A program made the translations under genes and the position numbers. DNA of 64,000 nt from Thermoproteota archaeon (GTDB lineage: Archaea; Korarchaeota; JAOZGF01; JAOZFZ01), in contig JAOZFT010000004.1 of assembly GCA_027492035.1 (NCBI GenBank), forward strand, positions 128,001 to 192,000, in the 5' to 3' direction. The notes beneath the pieces were generated by a model that was given only the letters and a program-made list of their open reading frames with translations, was not told the origin of the DNA and did not search any database. How positions within the stretch are numbered: position 1 is the stretch's first letter; the number at the start of each line of letters is the position of its first letter. Shown here piece by piece: positions 1-10,105 of this stretch.

Positions 1-1235
1 CCTCCACCTGGTAGGATTAAGCCATCTTCAATAGAGTCTTTGACAACAAACAAAGCATCATGTAGAGCTCTTTCTGCCTCATCAACCACATGTTCAGCTC
101 CCCCTCTTATCAAAATAGTCATTGCCTTAGGGTTTTTGCAGCCTTCAATGAACACCATTTTGTCGTCCCCTATTTTTCTTTGTGCAACTAAGCCGGCATA
201 ACCCACGTCTCTTTCTGTTAAATTATCTACGTTCGTTACTATTCGAGCACTGGTTGCCTTGGCTAGCCGGTCCATGTCTTTAGAACTTACTCTCCTAACC
301 GCTAAAATTTCTGCTTTGGCAAGGAAATGCTGAGCCATATCATCTATTCCTTTCTGACAGAAAACCACGTTAGCACCTACTTTTTTGATTTTTTCAACCA
401 TTTCTCTTAACATTTTAGTTTCTTCATCCATGAACTGCTTCATTTGAAGGGGGTCTCTTATGTCTATTTCTGCGTCAAATTCTGTCTTCTCTATTTCAAG
501 AGGACTTTTTATAAGAGCTATTTTTGCCTCTTTAACTGTTTTAGGCATTCCTGCATGTACCACTTCTTTATCTAGCACCACCCCTTTTACGAGAAGTGAT
601 TCTTTCAAACTTTTACCTTGTTTTTTCACTAATTTTATCTGGTCTAAGTCAACGAAATATTTTCCATCCCTTTCTTCTGCAACTGTTTGCGCGACTTTGA
701 CCACAATATCTGCAAGGTATTCTCTTTCGGTGGCTGTGCTTTTCCCGTGCATTGCAGTCATTGCAATTTTCTTCAGGGTTTCTGTATCTTCTTTTTTAAC
801 ATGCAGCGACATATTGCGCAAAATTTCTAATGCTTTACTAGAGGCCTTCCTGAACCCATTTATTATTACTACAGGGTGTATGTTTTTGTTCAGTAATTCT
901 TCAGCTTTGCTTAATAGTTCTCCTGCAAGAATAACTACTGAAGTTGTTCCATCCCCAGCTTCATTATCCTGTGTTTTCGACAGTTCAACCATTATTTTTG
1001 CAGCTGGATGCTCTACATCTATTTCATCCAAGATTGTTGCGCCGTCGTTAGTAACTACTACATCCCCCAATGAATCAACGAGCATTTTATCCATTCCTTT
1101 CGGTCCTAAGGTTGTTTTTATTGCTTCGCTTATCACTTTGGCAGCTAATATATTTGCTCTTCGTGCATCTCTACCCCTAATTCTTTGAGTACCTTCTTTC
1201 AAAATGATAACAGGTGTACCTGATAGAGTAGACAA
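1..1235 (-). CDS. ths: Thermosome (group II chaperonin) subunit, 3' part outside window
   Basis: Manual translation from TTG at 1235 after an AGGAGGTG RBS gives [15 protein letters not shown]...[15 protein letters not shown]...TNDGATIL...GDGTT, the canonical chaperonin motifs. Missing from the ORF track because the stop lies outside the window. Confidence 0.96.
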   Translation of the reverse strand, partial: MSTLSGTPVIILKEGTQRIRGRDARRANILAAKVISEAIKTTLGPKGMDKMLVDSLGDVVVTNDGATILDEIDVEHPAAKIMVELSKTQDNEAGDGTTSVVILAGELLSKAEELLNKNIHPVVIINGFRKASSKALEILRNMSLHVKKEDTETLKKIAMTAMHGKSTATEREYLADIVVKVAQTVAEERDGKYFVDLDQIKLVKKQGKSLKESLLVKGVVLDKEVVHAGMPKTVKEAKIALIKSPLEIEKTEFDAEIDIRDPLQMKQFMDEETKMLREMVEKIKKVGANVVFCQKGIDDMAQHFLAKAEILAVRRVSSKDMDRLAKATSARIVTNVDNLTERDVGYAGLVAQRKIGDDKMVFIEGCKNPKAMTILIRGGAEHVVDEAERALHDALFVVKDSIEDGLILPGG

Positions 1236-1588
1236 CTCTTACACCTCCTTTAAAGATTTTATATTGCTAAGGGCTTTGACCACAATAACGCTAAGGGAAA
1301 ATTGCTCCTTCAAAAAATAAAAGAAGAGACATAAAGTAAGGGGATGAGAATTTTATATTTAAATATATGTACGCTCCTTTTTATATTGTTGCCCTGTACA
1401 TTTAAAAAATTTTGTCTTAACTGCAGTGTTAAACCTAGTTAGAATTTTTAAAAAAGTAATAGTGTTTTCCCTTCTTTAGAAAACAAAGTATTGATAATCG
1501 GTTATATCTGTAATCTTTTTTCAATGAATAAAGCAGCTTTGGGGTTTATTTAGGTTAAAATTTTTGCGGGATGAGGGGTGATTCTGTT

Positions 1589-1735
1589 ATGGAGTTTATA
1601 TGTCCCTGGTGCCATGAAAAGATAAGAGTTTCACCTACTACCATCAAGCATTGCCCAAAATGTAAAATGCCAATTCAAGTAAAAACAAGGATTCAAGGGG
1701 ATAAAATACTTTTCATTATTAAGAAAAAGATATGA
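1589..1735 (+). CDS. 48-aa small zinc-finger protein (CPWC...CPKC)
   Basis: MEFICPWCHEKIRVSPTTIKHCPKCKMPIQVKTRIQGDKILFIIKKKI; GAGGGGTGA RBS upstream; two CPxC motifs; below the ORF-track cutoff. Confidence 0.7.
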   Translation: MEFICPWCHEKIRVSPTTIKHCPKCKMPIQVKTRIQGDKILFIIKKKI

Positions 1736-1838
1736 ATTTAAATACTTCCCAGATTTTCCTATACAAATTGCCTTTGTTCCTTTTGTTTCTTTGATAAATA
1801 AACCTTGAGGGGATTTCTTAAGAGAGAGATGTTAAGGA

Positions 1839-1988
1839 ATGTGCTGTGACAAATGCCCTAATTTTTTAGTTTGCGAAAAAAGCAGCAGTAGTTATCAGTC
1901 GTGCTGTAACATATGTCCCTATTTTGATCCTACACGGAATCCACCCTGCAAGTTAGCTAAAGAAGTAAACTCTATTCTTAAGCTCTAA
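1839..1988 (+). CDS. 49-aa cysteine-rich microprotein (8 Cys, two CCxxCP motifs)
   Basis: MCCDKCPNFLVCEKSSSSYQSCCNICPYFDPTRNPPCKLAKEVNSILKL; non-random Cys spacing; purine-rich upstream sequence. Confidence 0.65.
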   Translation: MCCDKCPNFLVCEKSSSSYQSCCNICPYFDPTRNPPCKLAKEVNSILKL

Positions 1989-2033
1989 CTTTTTAGAGGG
2001 AAAAATTTAAGTAATTCATTGTGTCCTTCCCTT

Positions 2034-2067
2034 CTTTACATTCATTACCATGTAAAGTTTTATATAT
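2034..2067 (+). promoter_or_regulatory. Putative por operon promoter: 8-bp inverted repeat abutting a TATA box
   Basis: CTTTACAT-N8-ATGTAAAG (2034-2057) directly followed by TTTTATATAT, about 65 nt before the porG ATG. Confidence 0.45.
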
Positions 2068-2131
2068 AGGCTGCTATTCAGAAGTGAAGTGAGAAGCTTT
2101 CTCTTTTATTATATAGAGAGGAGAAGAAGGG

Positions 2132-2698
2132 ATGAGTTTAACTGAAGTAAGATTTCATGGGAGAGGAGGTCAAGGTGCTTGGACAGCAAGTCAGTTACTT
2201 GCTTTAGCTGCCCTGAAGGAAGGAAAATATGTTCAAAGTTTTCCAGAGTTCGGTCCTGAAAGAATGGGTGCACCTATTACAGCCTTTACGAGAATTTCAG
2301 ATGAGAAAATGACTATTCATTGTAACGTTTACAATCCAGATGCAGTGTTGGTGCTAGATTCCACATTGATGTCCACAGTGAATGTGTTGAAAGGAGTAAA
2401 GAGAGGAGGCGTCTTAATTATTAACACAAAGGATGACCCTGAGAAAGTCAAAGCTGAACTTAAAAATGTTGAAGGTGTAATGATTGCTACCGTACCGGCT
2501 TCTGAATTAGCTCTCAACATATTAGGAAGAGATATAACCAATACTGCAATTCTTGGTTCTCTGATAAAAGTTAAACCTGTAACCTCCCTTTCTTCAGTGA
2601 TTGAAGTAACAAAACAAAGATTCCCCGGAGAGTTAGGAGAAAATAACGTTGAAGTTATTAAAAAGGCTTACGAAAAAACCTTTATGGGTGAAAAGTAA
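2132..2698 (+). CDS. porG: Pyruvate/2-oxoacid:ferredoxin oxidoreductase gamma subunit
   Basis: EVRFHGRGGQG and FPEFGPERMGAP motifs. Confidence 0.95.
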   Translation: MSLTEVRFHGRGGQGAWTASQLLALAALKEGKYVQSFPEFGPERMGAPITAFTRISDEKMTIHCNVYNPDAVLVLDSTLMSTVNVLKGVKRGGVLIINTKDDPEKVKAELKNVEGVMIATVPASELALNILGRDITNTAILGSLIKVKPVTSLSSVIEVTKQRFPGELGENNVEVIKKAYEKTFMGEK

Positions 2699-2965
2699 AT
2701 GAAGAAAGGATGGAGAGAAATACCAATAGCAGGGATGCCTTGGGTGCCAGCTACAGAATATAAAACAGGTTCTTGGAGGTCCTTTAAACCTGTAATAGAT
2801 CACGGAAAATGTGTGAAGTGCTTAATTTGCTGGGTCTATTGCCCAGAGGGATCTGTAAAATGGGATGGGAATAAGGTTTCAATAGACTATGAGTATTGTA
2901 AAGGATGTGGAATATGTGCAGAAGAGTGCCCAGTTAAAGCTATTGAAATGTTAAAGGAGGAGTGA
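2699..2965 (+). CDS. porD: Pyruvate/2-oxoacid:ferredoxin oxidoreductase delta subunit (2x[4Fe-4S])
   Basis: KTGSWR; CxxCxxCxxxCP twice (YCKGCGICAEECP). Confidence 0.95.
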   Translation: MKKGWREIPIAGMPWVPATEYKTGSWRSFKPVIDHGKCVKCLICWVYCPEGSVKWDGNKVSIDYEYCKGCGICAEECPVKAIEMLKEE

Positions 2966-2969
2966 GGGA

Positions 2970-4193
2970 ATGATTTCGCAACAAGTTTTAGGTATGAATG
3001 GTGATGAAGCAGTAGCCTATGCTGTTAAACAATGTAATGTAGATGTGGTTGCAGCTTATCCAATAACGCCTCAAACAATAATTGTTGAAAAGTTTTCTGA
3101 ATACGTAGCCAACAGAGAAGTTCATACAGAGTTTGTACCTGTTGAAAGCGAGCACAGTGCATTGTCAGCTTGTGTAGGCGCCTCTGCAACGGGTGCAAGG
3201 GTTTTCACTTCAACAGCTGCAAACGGCTTAGCCTTAATGCATGAAATAGTATACATAGCTGCAAGTTTAAGGCTTCCAATTGTCATGGCCGTAGTGAATA
3301 GAGCTTTAAGCGGGCCAATAAATATCCACTGCGACCACAGCGACAGCATGGCTGAAAGAGATTCATCTTGGATACAGATTTACACAGAAGATGCACAAGA
3401 GGCTTATGATTCAGTAATCCAAGCATTTAAAATAGCTGAAAACCATGAAGTGCTTCTTCCAGTTATGGTTACCTTGGACGGCTTCTTTATAAGCCACACT
3501 CTTCAAAACGTGTCAGTTCTTCCTGATAAAGAGGTCTTAAGTTTCATAGGCGAGAGAAGGGTAGTACCTGAGATTGATGTCGGAGGAAAGAAATTCAAAC
3601 TAAAACTTGACCCAGTGCAACCTCTAACCTTCGGCCCCCTTGACCTATATGACTATTACTTTGAACATAAAAGACAGCAGGTTGAAGCTATGAAGAAAGC
3701 ACCTAAAGTAATCGAAAAGGTGAGTAGGGAATATGCATCCTTAAGTGGCAGAAGTTATGGAAACGGGTTAGTTGAGCCTTATAAATTAGAAGATGCAGAG
3801 GTAGCAGTAGTTTGTTTAGGTTCAACAAGTGGCACAGCCAAATATGTAGTTGATGATTTAAGAAAGAGGGGGTTAAATGTAGGATGTTTGAGGGTAAGAA
3901 CCTTCAGACCTTTCCCAGCTGCAGATATAAAAAGGAATTTAACAGGCAAAGAAGTTGTAGGGGTGCTTGACAGGAGCATATCTTTTGGCGGGTTGGGAGG
4001 ACCTGTATTCACTGAAATAGAAGCTTTATTCTCTGACGAAACAGAAAAACCGAAAATTATAAACTATGTTTATGGTTTAGGGGGCCGTGACATGTCGCCA
4101 CAACTGATAGAAAAAGTTTTTATGGAGCTGAATGAGTTGAAGGGTAAACCCTTACCTAAGGATACTTTAAGGTTTTCTGGGTTGAGGGAATGA
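2970..4193 (+). CDS. porA: Pyruvate/2-oxoacid:ferredoxin oxidoreductase alpha subunit
   Basis: AAYPITPQT, VESEHSA, INIHCDHSD motifs. Confidence 0.95.
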   Translation: MISQQVLGMNGDEAVAYAVKQCNVDVVAAYPITPQTIIVEKFSEYVANREVHTEFVPVESEHSALSACVGASATGARVFTSTAANGLALMHEIVYIAASLRLPIVMAVVNRALSGPINIHCDHSDSMAERDSSWIQIYTEDAQEAYDSVIQAFKIAENHEVLLPVMVTLDGFFISHTLQNVSVLPDKEVLSFIGERRVVPEIDVGGKKFKLKLDPVQPLTFGPLDLYDYYFEHKRQQVEAMKKAPKVIEKVSREYASLSGRSYGNGLVEPYKLEDAEVAVVCLGSTSGTAKYVVDDLRKRGLNVGCLRVRTFRPFPAADIKRNLTGKEVVGVLDRSISFGGLGGPVFTEIEALFSDETEKPKIINYVYGLGGRDMSPQLIEKVFMELNELKGKPLPKDTLRFSGLRE

Positions 4194-4196
4194 AAA

Positions 4197-5144
4197 ATGA
4201 ACCTAAAAAAAGTTGCACTTAGAGAAAGCTGGATTTCACCTGGGCATAGATTATGTGCAGGTTGTATGGCACCAGTTATAATTAGGCAGGCACTTTATGC
4301 ACTTGACAAAAAACCTATCGTTACTAACGCAACAGGTTGTTTAGAAGTTGCAACCACTATTTTCCCTTACACAGCTTGGAGAGTACCTTGGATCCATAAT
4401 GCATTTGAAAATGCAGCTGCAACAGCAAGTGGAATAGAAGCAGCCCTTACAGCTTTCAAAAGGAAAGGAGAGTTAAAAGAGGATATACCTGTGATAGCCA
4501 TAGGCGGCGACGGTGGAACTTACGATATAGGGCTTCAAGCATTGAGCGGTGCAATAGAGAGAGGCCATGATTTTCTTTATTTACTATATGACAACGAAGC
4601 CTACATGAACACAGGCATTCAAAGGTCAGGAGGAACCCCCTTTACTGCTTGGACCACTACAACTCCAGTAGGCACTAAAATAAAGGGGAAAGTTCAATGG
4701 AAGAAACCAATAGCAAAAATAGTGGCTGCACATAGACAAATAAAGTATGTAGCTACTGCTTCACCTGCTTATTGGCTTGATTTAATGCAAAAAGTTAAGA
4801 AGGGAGTAGATGTGAAAGGCCCTGCTTTCATCCATGCAATTTCCACATGTCCACGTGGATGGAGGACGGACACAAAGTATAGTGTCAAAATTGCCAGATT
4901 AGCAGTACAAACCTGCTACTTCCCATTGTGGGAATACGAAAATGGGAAATATAAACTATCCACACCAAGTAAAGCAATAGCTTCTAACCCAGAAAAGAAA
5001 CTTAAAGTTGAAGAATTTTTGAAAATGCAGGGGCGGTTTAGACACTTGTTCAAGCCAAGAAAGGACGTTGAAACCCTGAACTATATTCAGGAGGAGATAG
5101 ATAAAGAATGGGAGAAACTGCTTAGGTTAACAGGTGAAGCATAG
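4197..5144 (+). CDS. porB: Pyruvate/2-oxoacid:ferredoxin oxidoreductase beta subunit
   Basis: GHRLCAGC; GGDG...YDNEAYMNTGIQRS TPP-binding motif. Confidence 0.95.
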   Translation: MNLKKVALRESWISPGHRLCAGCMAPVIIRQALYALDKKPIVTNATGCLEVATTIFPYTAWRVPWIHNAFENAAATASGIEAALTAFKRKGELKEDIPVIAIGGDGGTYDIGLQALSGAIERGHDFLYLLYDNEAYMNTGIQRSGGTPFTAWTTTTPVGTKIKGKVQWKKPIAKIVAAHRQIKYVATASPAYWLDLMQKVKKGVDVKGPAFIHAISTCPRGWRTDTKYSVKIARLAVQTCYFPLWEYENGKYKLSTPSKAIASNPEKKLKVEEFLKMQGRFRHLFKPRKDVETLNYIQEEIDKEWEKLLRLTGEA

Positions 5145-5193
5145 TCAGTAAAGGAGGGAAGAAAAAAATGAAAAAGCAGCACAAGGTGAACCG

Positions 5194-6264
5194 ATGCAAA
5201 ACAACCAAAGACAAGTAAACGAAGAAGTTTTTCTTTCCACTTCCAGATCCCTCCCTTTCCTTTTATTAGGGTTTGTTATTTTAGGAATTTACGTTTACTT
5301 CTTTGTGGATTTTAAGAAATTAATTGAAGTGATTACTCGAATCAGTAAAGTTTATCTCTTATTAGCTTTTTTAGCTGGAACACTCGGTCTTATTTGCTAC
5401 GCTACAGCGTGGCACTATTTAACTAAGGCAGTTGGCCTCAAAATAAATTGGAAATTCACCTACCCTTTAACTCTATCAAGTGTTTTTTTTAACGTAATGA
5501 TTCCTTCAGCTGCATTAAGCGGCGAGGTTTATAGAACTTATGTGATTTCAAAAAGCCCTTTACCCTTAGAGGAGGGAATTGCTTCAATTGCTCTACATCG
5601 TGTAATCGCCATCTTACCTTTTATAGCTGGTTTAACAATCGGAACATTTGTAAGTTGGTTTTTCTCCCCTGTTTCAACCCAAATGTTTTTACTCTTAATC
5701 TTCTTAACAATTTTTTCAGCTGCAGTCTTCACCTTGTTTCTTTTATTCATGTTTAAGGCAGAAAAAGCATTAAAAATAATAAAATTTGTTGAAAAAATAG
5801 TAAAAGTAAAAAGAGTCAGAGACAAACTTGAAAAAATAGAGGAAGACTTCCTTGAAAAAATTGAAAAATTCAAAAACAGCCTAAAGAAAGCTGGAAAGGA
5901 AAAGAGAGAATTACTTCTTTCCATAACATATGCCTTCCTTTACTGGTTCCTAGACATAAATGTAATCACTATTCTTTTCTATGGCTTCAATGTAAACGTT
6001 CCATTCTTTGCTGTACTTTTCGTTTACACAGTAACCATACTCCTTCAGAGTGCACCCTTAATGGTTCCTGGAATGATTGGTTTTGCAGACCTTATAAGAA
6101 CAGAATTTTTCAACCTTTTAGGGATACCTGGGGTGACAAGAGAAGTAGCTCTTTCAGTAAGTTTGCTTACAGACGCTATAGTTGTTTTTTACTACTCTTT
6201 AATAGGTTTTTTCGCTTTACTTATTCTTAATTTTCAAGCAAAAAACATAAACCTGGAAAGCTAA
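5194..6264 (+). CDS. Flippase-like membrane protein (UPF0104 / LPG synthase TM family)
   Basis: Multiple TM segments; FFNVMIPSAALSGEVYR and PLMVPGMIG motifs typical of the family. Confidence 0.75.
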   Translation: MQNNQRQVNEEVFLSTSRSLPFLLLGFVILGIYVYFFVDFKKLIEVITRISKVYLLLAFLAGTLGLICYATAWHYLTKAVGLKINWKFTYPLTLSSVFFNVMIPSAALSGEVYRTYVISKSPLPLEEGIASIALHRVIAILPFIAGLTIGTFVSWFFSPVSTQMFLLLIFLTIFSAAVFTLFLLFMFKAEKALKIIKFVEKIVKVKRVRDKLEKIEEDFLEKIEKFKNSLKKAGKEKRELLLSITYAFLYWFLDINVITILFYGFNVNVPFFAVLFVYTVTILLQSAPLMVPGMIGFADLIRTEFFNLLGIPGVTREVALSVSLLTDAIVVFYYSLIGFFALLILNFQAKNINLES

Positions 6265-6301
6265 CTTAAAGGAGCCTAAGAAATTTAAGAGGAAATGAAA
6301 A

Positions 6302-6880
6302 TTGTTTAGAAAAGTTTTTATTACAGGTACTCCGCGAACAGGAAAAACCACTTTAGTTTCCGAAATTATAAAGTGGGCAAATGAAAAAGGGGTAACCGTC
6401 GGAGGAATAATAACACCAGAAATAAAAAAAGGAAATACTCGAATCGGTTTTAAAGTTATTGATGTACTAACTAAAAAAGAAGGAATATTCGCCTATACCA
6501 GAATAAAGAAAGGGCTGAAGTTCGGCAAATATAAAGTTGACATTGAGACCTTTGAGGAAATAAGTCTACCAGCAATTCAAGAATCACTTAAAAAAGCTGA
6601 AATTATTGTTATAGATGAGATAGGCAAAATGGAGCTGTTAAGCGAAAAATTCCACAATATGTTAAGTAAGTTATTGACTGAACGAATGAACATAGCAGGA
6701 GAGAGAATATTAATAGCTACTGTTCATAGAACCCTTAAAAATGAATTTAGTGGGTTAGGAGACATGATCTGGTTAACTAAAGAAAACAGAAAAACAGTGT
6801 ACCTTAAAATCTTAGATATTTTAAAGAAAATAACCAAGAAAAAAGGTGGAGACCCTTTACAAAGCTTAAACAGTAAGTGA
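6302..6880 (+). CDS. Nucleoside triphosphatase (THEP1/NTPase_1 family)
   Basis: VFITGTPRTGKTT Walker A; VIDEIGKMEL; GKYKVD. Confidence 0.9.
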   Translation: MFRKVFITGTPRTGKTTLVSEIIKWANEKGVTVGGIITPEIKKGNTRIGFKVIDVLTKKEGIFAYTRIKKGLKFGKYKVDIETFEEISLPAIQESLKKAEIIVIDEIGKMELLSEKFHNMLSKLLTERMNIAGERILIATVHRTLKNEFSGLGDMIWLTKENRKTVYLKILDILKKITKKKGGDPLQSLNSK

Positions 6881-6886
6881 GGGGGA

Positions 6887-7489
6887 ATGAACGGGAAACA
6901 ATTGAAATTAGAATTTTTCGAAAGGATATCCTCGGAATTAACTGGAATGGAAAAAGAACGTGAAAAAATTTTGCAGAAAATAAGACAGTGGCTAATTGAA
7001 ACACGGAAAGTTTTCAATTTAATAAATGAAGAAAAAACTGAAGAAGCTAATTTAATTTTGCACAAAATATATGAGGAAGTTCGAAAATTTAAAGAAGAAG
7101 TTAAGAATTTTTCAGAATATAAAATTTATTTTCATCCATTGTACAGGGAACTTGCCGAAGCCTTCTGTTTTTTGGGGATAATTAAGTCTGGAGAAGTTAT
7201 CAATCCTTATTTACTTGATTTTCCCATAATTTCTTTCTTACATGGTTTAACTGAGTCTATAGGTGAATTAAAAAGATTTACATTAAATCAAGTCATAAAA
7301 GGGGAAATTAACAAGGCTAAAAAAACCTTTAATTACATGGAGTCTATTTTTAATGCAATTTCTTTATTAACTGAGTTTCCAGATTCGTTAACCCTGAACC
7401 TAAGAAGGAAAATAGATGTAGCCAGGAGAAACGTTGAAGAAACTAGAAACATTATTGCGTATACAACTCTGCACCAAATGAGGGAATAA
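6887..7489 (+). CDS. Translin family protein
   Basis: ELAEA...FLHGLTESIGELKR...LRRKIDVARRNVE pattern. Confidence 0.8.
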   Translation: MNGKQLKLEFFERISSELTGMEKEREKILQKIRQWLIETRKVFNLINEEKTEEANLILHKIYEEVRKFKEEVKNFSEYKIYFHPLYRELAEAFCFLGIIKSGEVINPYLLDFPIISFLHGLTESIGELKRFTLNQVIKGEINKAKKTFNYMESIFNAISLLTEFPDSLTLNLRRKIDVARRNVEETRNIIAYTTLHQMRE

Positions 7490-7490
7490 A

Positions 7491-8198
7491 ATGAGAAATG
7501 AACAGTTGAATTCTCTTTCAAAAATTCTCCTCTTCTACCTTTCAAAAATAAAAGGGGAATCATTTACATCCTTAAAACTTGAACCCTTCTTTGCCTTAAC
7601 GAAAAAAAAGAAGGAAGAAATTAGAACCACCCTTAACTTACTAAAAATATTGGGGTATATAGTTGAGAATTCAGAAGAAGGCCCGCAGCTTAGGGTGTCA
7701 TTAACAGAAAAAGGCTTCAGGTTAGCTTCAACATTAGATAAAAGGGATATCCTACACTTTATTCAACCCTACATTAAAGAGAGAATAGAAATAAAAGGTA
7801 AAGTTTTCACAGGGAAAGGGGAAGGAAGATACTACATGAGATTGCCACAATATGTTCAGCAATTCAGAGAAAAATTAGGATTCACTCCTTACCCAGGCAC
7901 GCTAAACATAAAGATTTCATCGATTAATTTCTTACATTCAGTGATCCTAGATATTTTACCAGGTATTGTGATTGAAGGATTTGAAGTAGATGGAAAAGTT
8001 TATGGCTCCGTTAAATGCTTCCCAGCAGAAATGGATAAAGAGGTGCTTGGTGCAGTGATAAAGATTGAGAGAACAGATTATTCCTCAGAAGTAATAGAGA
8101 TAATATCTCCTCACTATTTAAGGAAGAAATTAAACCTTGTTGACGGTTCAGTTTTGGAAGTAAGGGTTAAAACCAAACCGAGAAGCCGTAATATTTAA
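7491..8198 (+). CDS. ribK: CTP-dependent riboflavin kinase with N-terminal HTH
   Basis: GKVFTGKGEGRYY, LGFTPYPGTLN, IEIISPHYLRKKLNLVDG. Confidence 0.9.
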   Translation: MRNEQLNSLSKILLFYLSKIKGESFTSLKLEPFFALTKKKKEEIRTTLNLLKILGYIVENSEEGPQLRVSLTEKGFRLASTLDKRDILHFIQPYIKERIEIKGKVFTGKGEGRYYMRLPQYVQQFREKLGFTPYPGTLNIKISSINFLHSVILDILPGIVIEGFEVDGKVYGSVKCFPAEMDKEVLGAVIKIERTDYSSEVIEIISPHYLRKKLNLVDGSVLEVRVKTKPRSRNI

Positions 8199-8212
8199 AT
8201 TTACATACAATT

Positions 8213-8671
8213 TTAAGGTTTGCAAAAAATCTGTTTAATTCTCTCCACTATTTTCTTTGTTCTACAAAGAGGAAAATCTTCAAAAGATCTGTTTAATCTT
8301 TTAACTTCTACCTTTAAACCCCTTGCCTCTAAAGCTGCCTTCAACTCATTTTGGTTGTAGGGTTGATCAGGACCAAGTATTAATATGTCAGGCTTAATTT
8401 CTTCTATTATTTTCAGTTTATCCTCACCCTTTTTACCTAATAAAACTTTTTCCACCCCCTTAATTTGTTTGATCATAAACCTCCTTTGGTCCTCAGGGAT
8501 AATTGGATCCCTCCCCCTAAGGGTTCTTACAGTTTCATCCCTTGAAACAACAACCCAAACATCACCGAATCTTTTAGCATAACTTATCAAGGCTACATGG
8601 CCTGGGTGGAGGATCTCAAATGTTCCGGCCACCACCACCTTTCTCCTCTCCTTATTACTCATATAAAACAC
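8213..8671 (-). CDS. ribL: FAD synthase (cytidylyltransferase family)
   Basis: AGTFEILHPGH (HxGH motif); KPDILILGPDQ; adjacent to ribK. Confidence 0.85.
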   Translation of the reverse strand: MFYMSNKERRKVVVAGTFEILHPGHVALISYAKRFGDVWVVVSRDETVRTLRGRDPIIPEDQRRFMIKQIKGVEKVLLGKKGEDKLKIIEEIKPDILILGPDQPYNQNELKAALEARGLKVEVKRLNRSFEDFPLCRTKKIVERIKQIFCKP

Positions 8672-8728
8672 CTTTAAAAAGGGGAAAATGAATTTTATAG
8701 CTTTAAATAAATTTAGAGGGGGAGAGGA

Positions 8729-9502
8729 ATGCTGATTTTAATTGGGTTAGGATTACACAACGAAGAGGGAATGACATTGAGAGGAATCCACCTAGCTAGG
8801 GAAGCTGATGAAGTGTACCTCGAACAATATACTAACAAGATGTTTATAAATAAAAGTAATTTAGACTCACTACTCCATAAGGAAGTGAAAATTGTAGAAA
8901 GAAGAAACCTGGAAGAGGAGTCTGAATGGATAATAGAAAAAAGTAGGAACAAAAAAATTGCTTTACTTATTCCAGGCAATGTTTTTATTGCCACAACCCA
9001 CATAGCTTTGCAAACAGAAGCTTTACAAAAAGGGATAGAAGTGAAAGTTGAACCTGGTACATCTATTTATTGTGCAGCAATAGCTTTAACTGGTTTACAG
9101 ATATATAAATTCGGCCCTGCAGCCACTATTCCACTAGAAGGAAAATCTGAAAGAATTTACACTGTGTTAGAACAAAACAAAGAAAGGGGGCTCCACACTT
9201 TCTTCTTCCTTGACATAAAATATGAAAAAAACAGGTTCTTGACAATACCTGAAGCCCTTAAAAAGCTTTTAGACTTAGAAATGGAAAAAAGAAGGAAAGT
9301 TGTGTTAAAGAATGATTTAGTCATAGGTCTTGCCCACGTAGGAGGGGAGGATTCATTAATAGAAGTGGGAAGTATTGAAGAAGTTATGAAGAAAAATTTC
9401 GGGCCCCCTCCCCAGTGTCTAATTTACCCAGGAAAACTTCACTTTATGGAGAAAGAGTTTTTAGAACTTATCAGAGAGAGGAAAGTGAAAAAAGTCCAAT
9501 AA
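8729..9502 (+). CDS. dph5: Diphthine synthase
   Basis: LILIGLGL, ATTH, GLQIYKFG, GLHTFFFLDI. Confidence 0.93.
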   Translation: MLILIGLGLHNEEGMTLRGIHLAREADEVYLEQYTNKMFINKSNLDSLLHKEVKIVERRNLEEESEWIIEKSRNKKIALLIPGNVFIATTHIALQTEALQKGIEVKVEPGTSIYCAAIALTGLQIYKFGPAATIPLEGKSERIYTVLEQNKERGLHTFFFLDIKYEKNRFLTIPEALKKLLDLEMEKRRKVVLKNDLVIGLAHVGGEDSLIEVGSIEEVMKKNFGPPPQCLIYPGKLHFMEKEFLELIRERKVKKVQ

Positions 9503-10105
9503 AATAGATGGCTCGATAGTATACAATTAAATAATTAAGTGAATCCCATTGCTACTTGCTTGCAAGCCCTTTAGGTTAGAATAAAAATACTTCTTGGATT
9601 TAAGCAGAATTATTGTGGAGGAGTTTGACAAAACATTTCTATTTAAGTAATCCTATTAATGTTATGTGTTTGCATTTACTCAAGCTTAAATAAGGTTTTA
9701 AGTGTCCCTTTAACCTTTAACTATGTAAAGTAAAGGTTTCTGGAAACGACTCTAGTGAGCATTGTGGAATCATCTTTGATGAGAGAAGTAAGTTTAGGGA
9801 CAAAAGTAAACAACAGCACTCTATCCTCCAGTTAGGGATGTGGAGGATGACACCCGCGATGATGCCCCGGCTACAGTTATGAAAAATTATAAAAGTAGCG
9901 GAGAGAGAACCAGAACGGCTTCGTTTCTTAACCTACATAGTTGATAAAGCAGTACTTGGAGAAATGGTTAGACTGGGCCAGGTACTCCTACCATGATCCC
10001 TTTTTCTATGCAACCTTTTTCACGACTTCACTAACATATGGTTTAGATATAACCCTTAGTTAGTTCCGGGATTGAACTAAAGAGTTTTGGCTCTCTTTAA
10101 CAGAA

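Noticed and set aside
460-1188. 242-aa plus-strand ORF in the track
   Set aside because: Antisense shadow of the thermosome gene on the minus strand
1274-1287. ttgaccacaa shared upstream of the thermosome and histone (~43250) genes
   Set aside because: The same string also occurs inside the thermosome coding sequence; too short to distinguish from chance
9820-9880. Hairpin tcctcca...tggagga followed by gatgatg (riboswitch or C/D sRNA?)
   Set aside because: No complete C/D box pair or fluoride-riboswitch consensus could be built; lies in a decayed region
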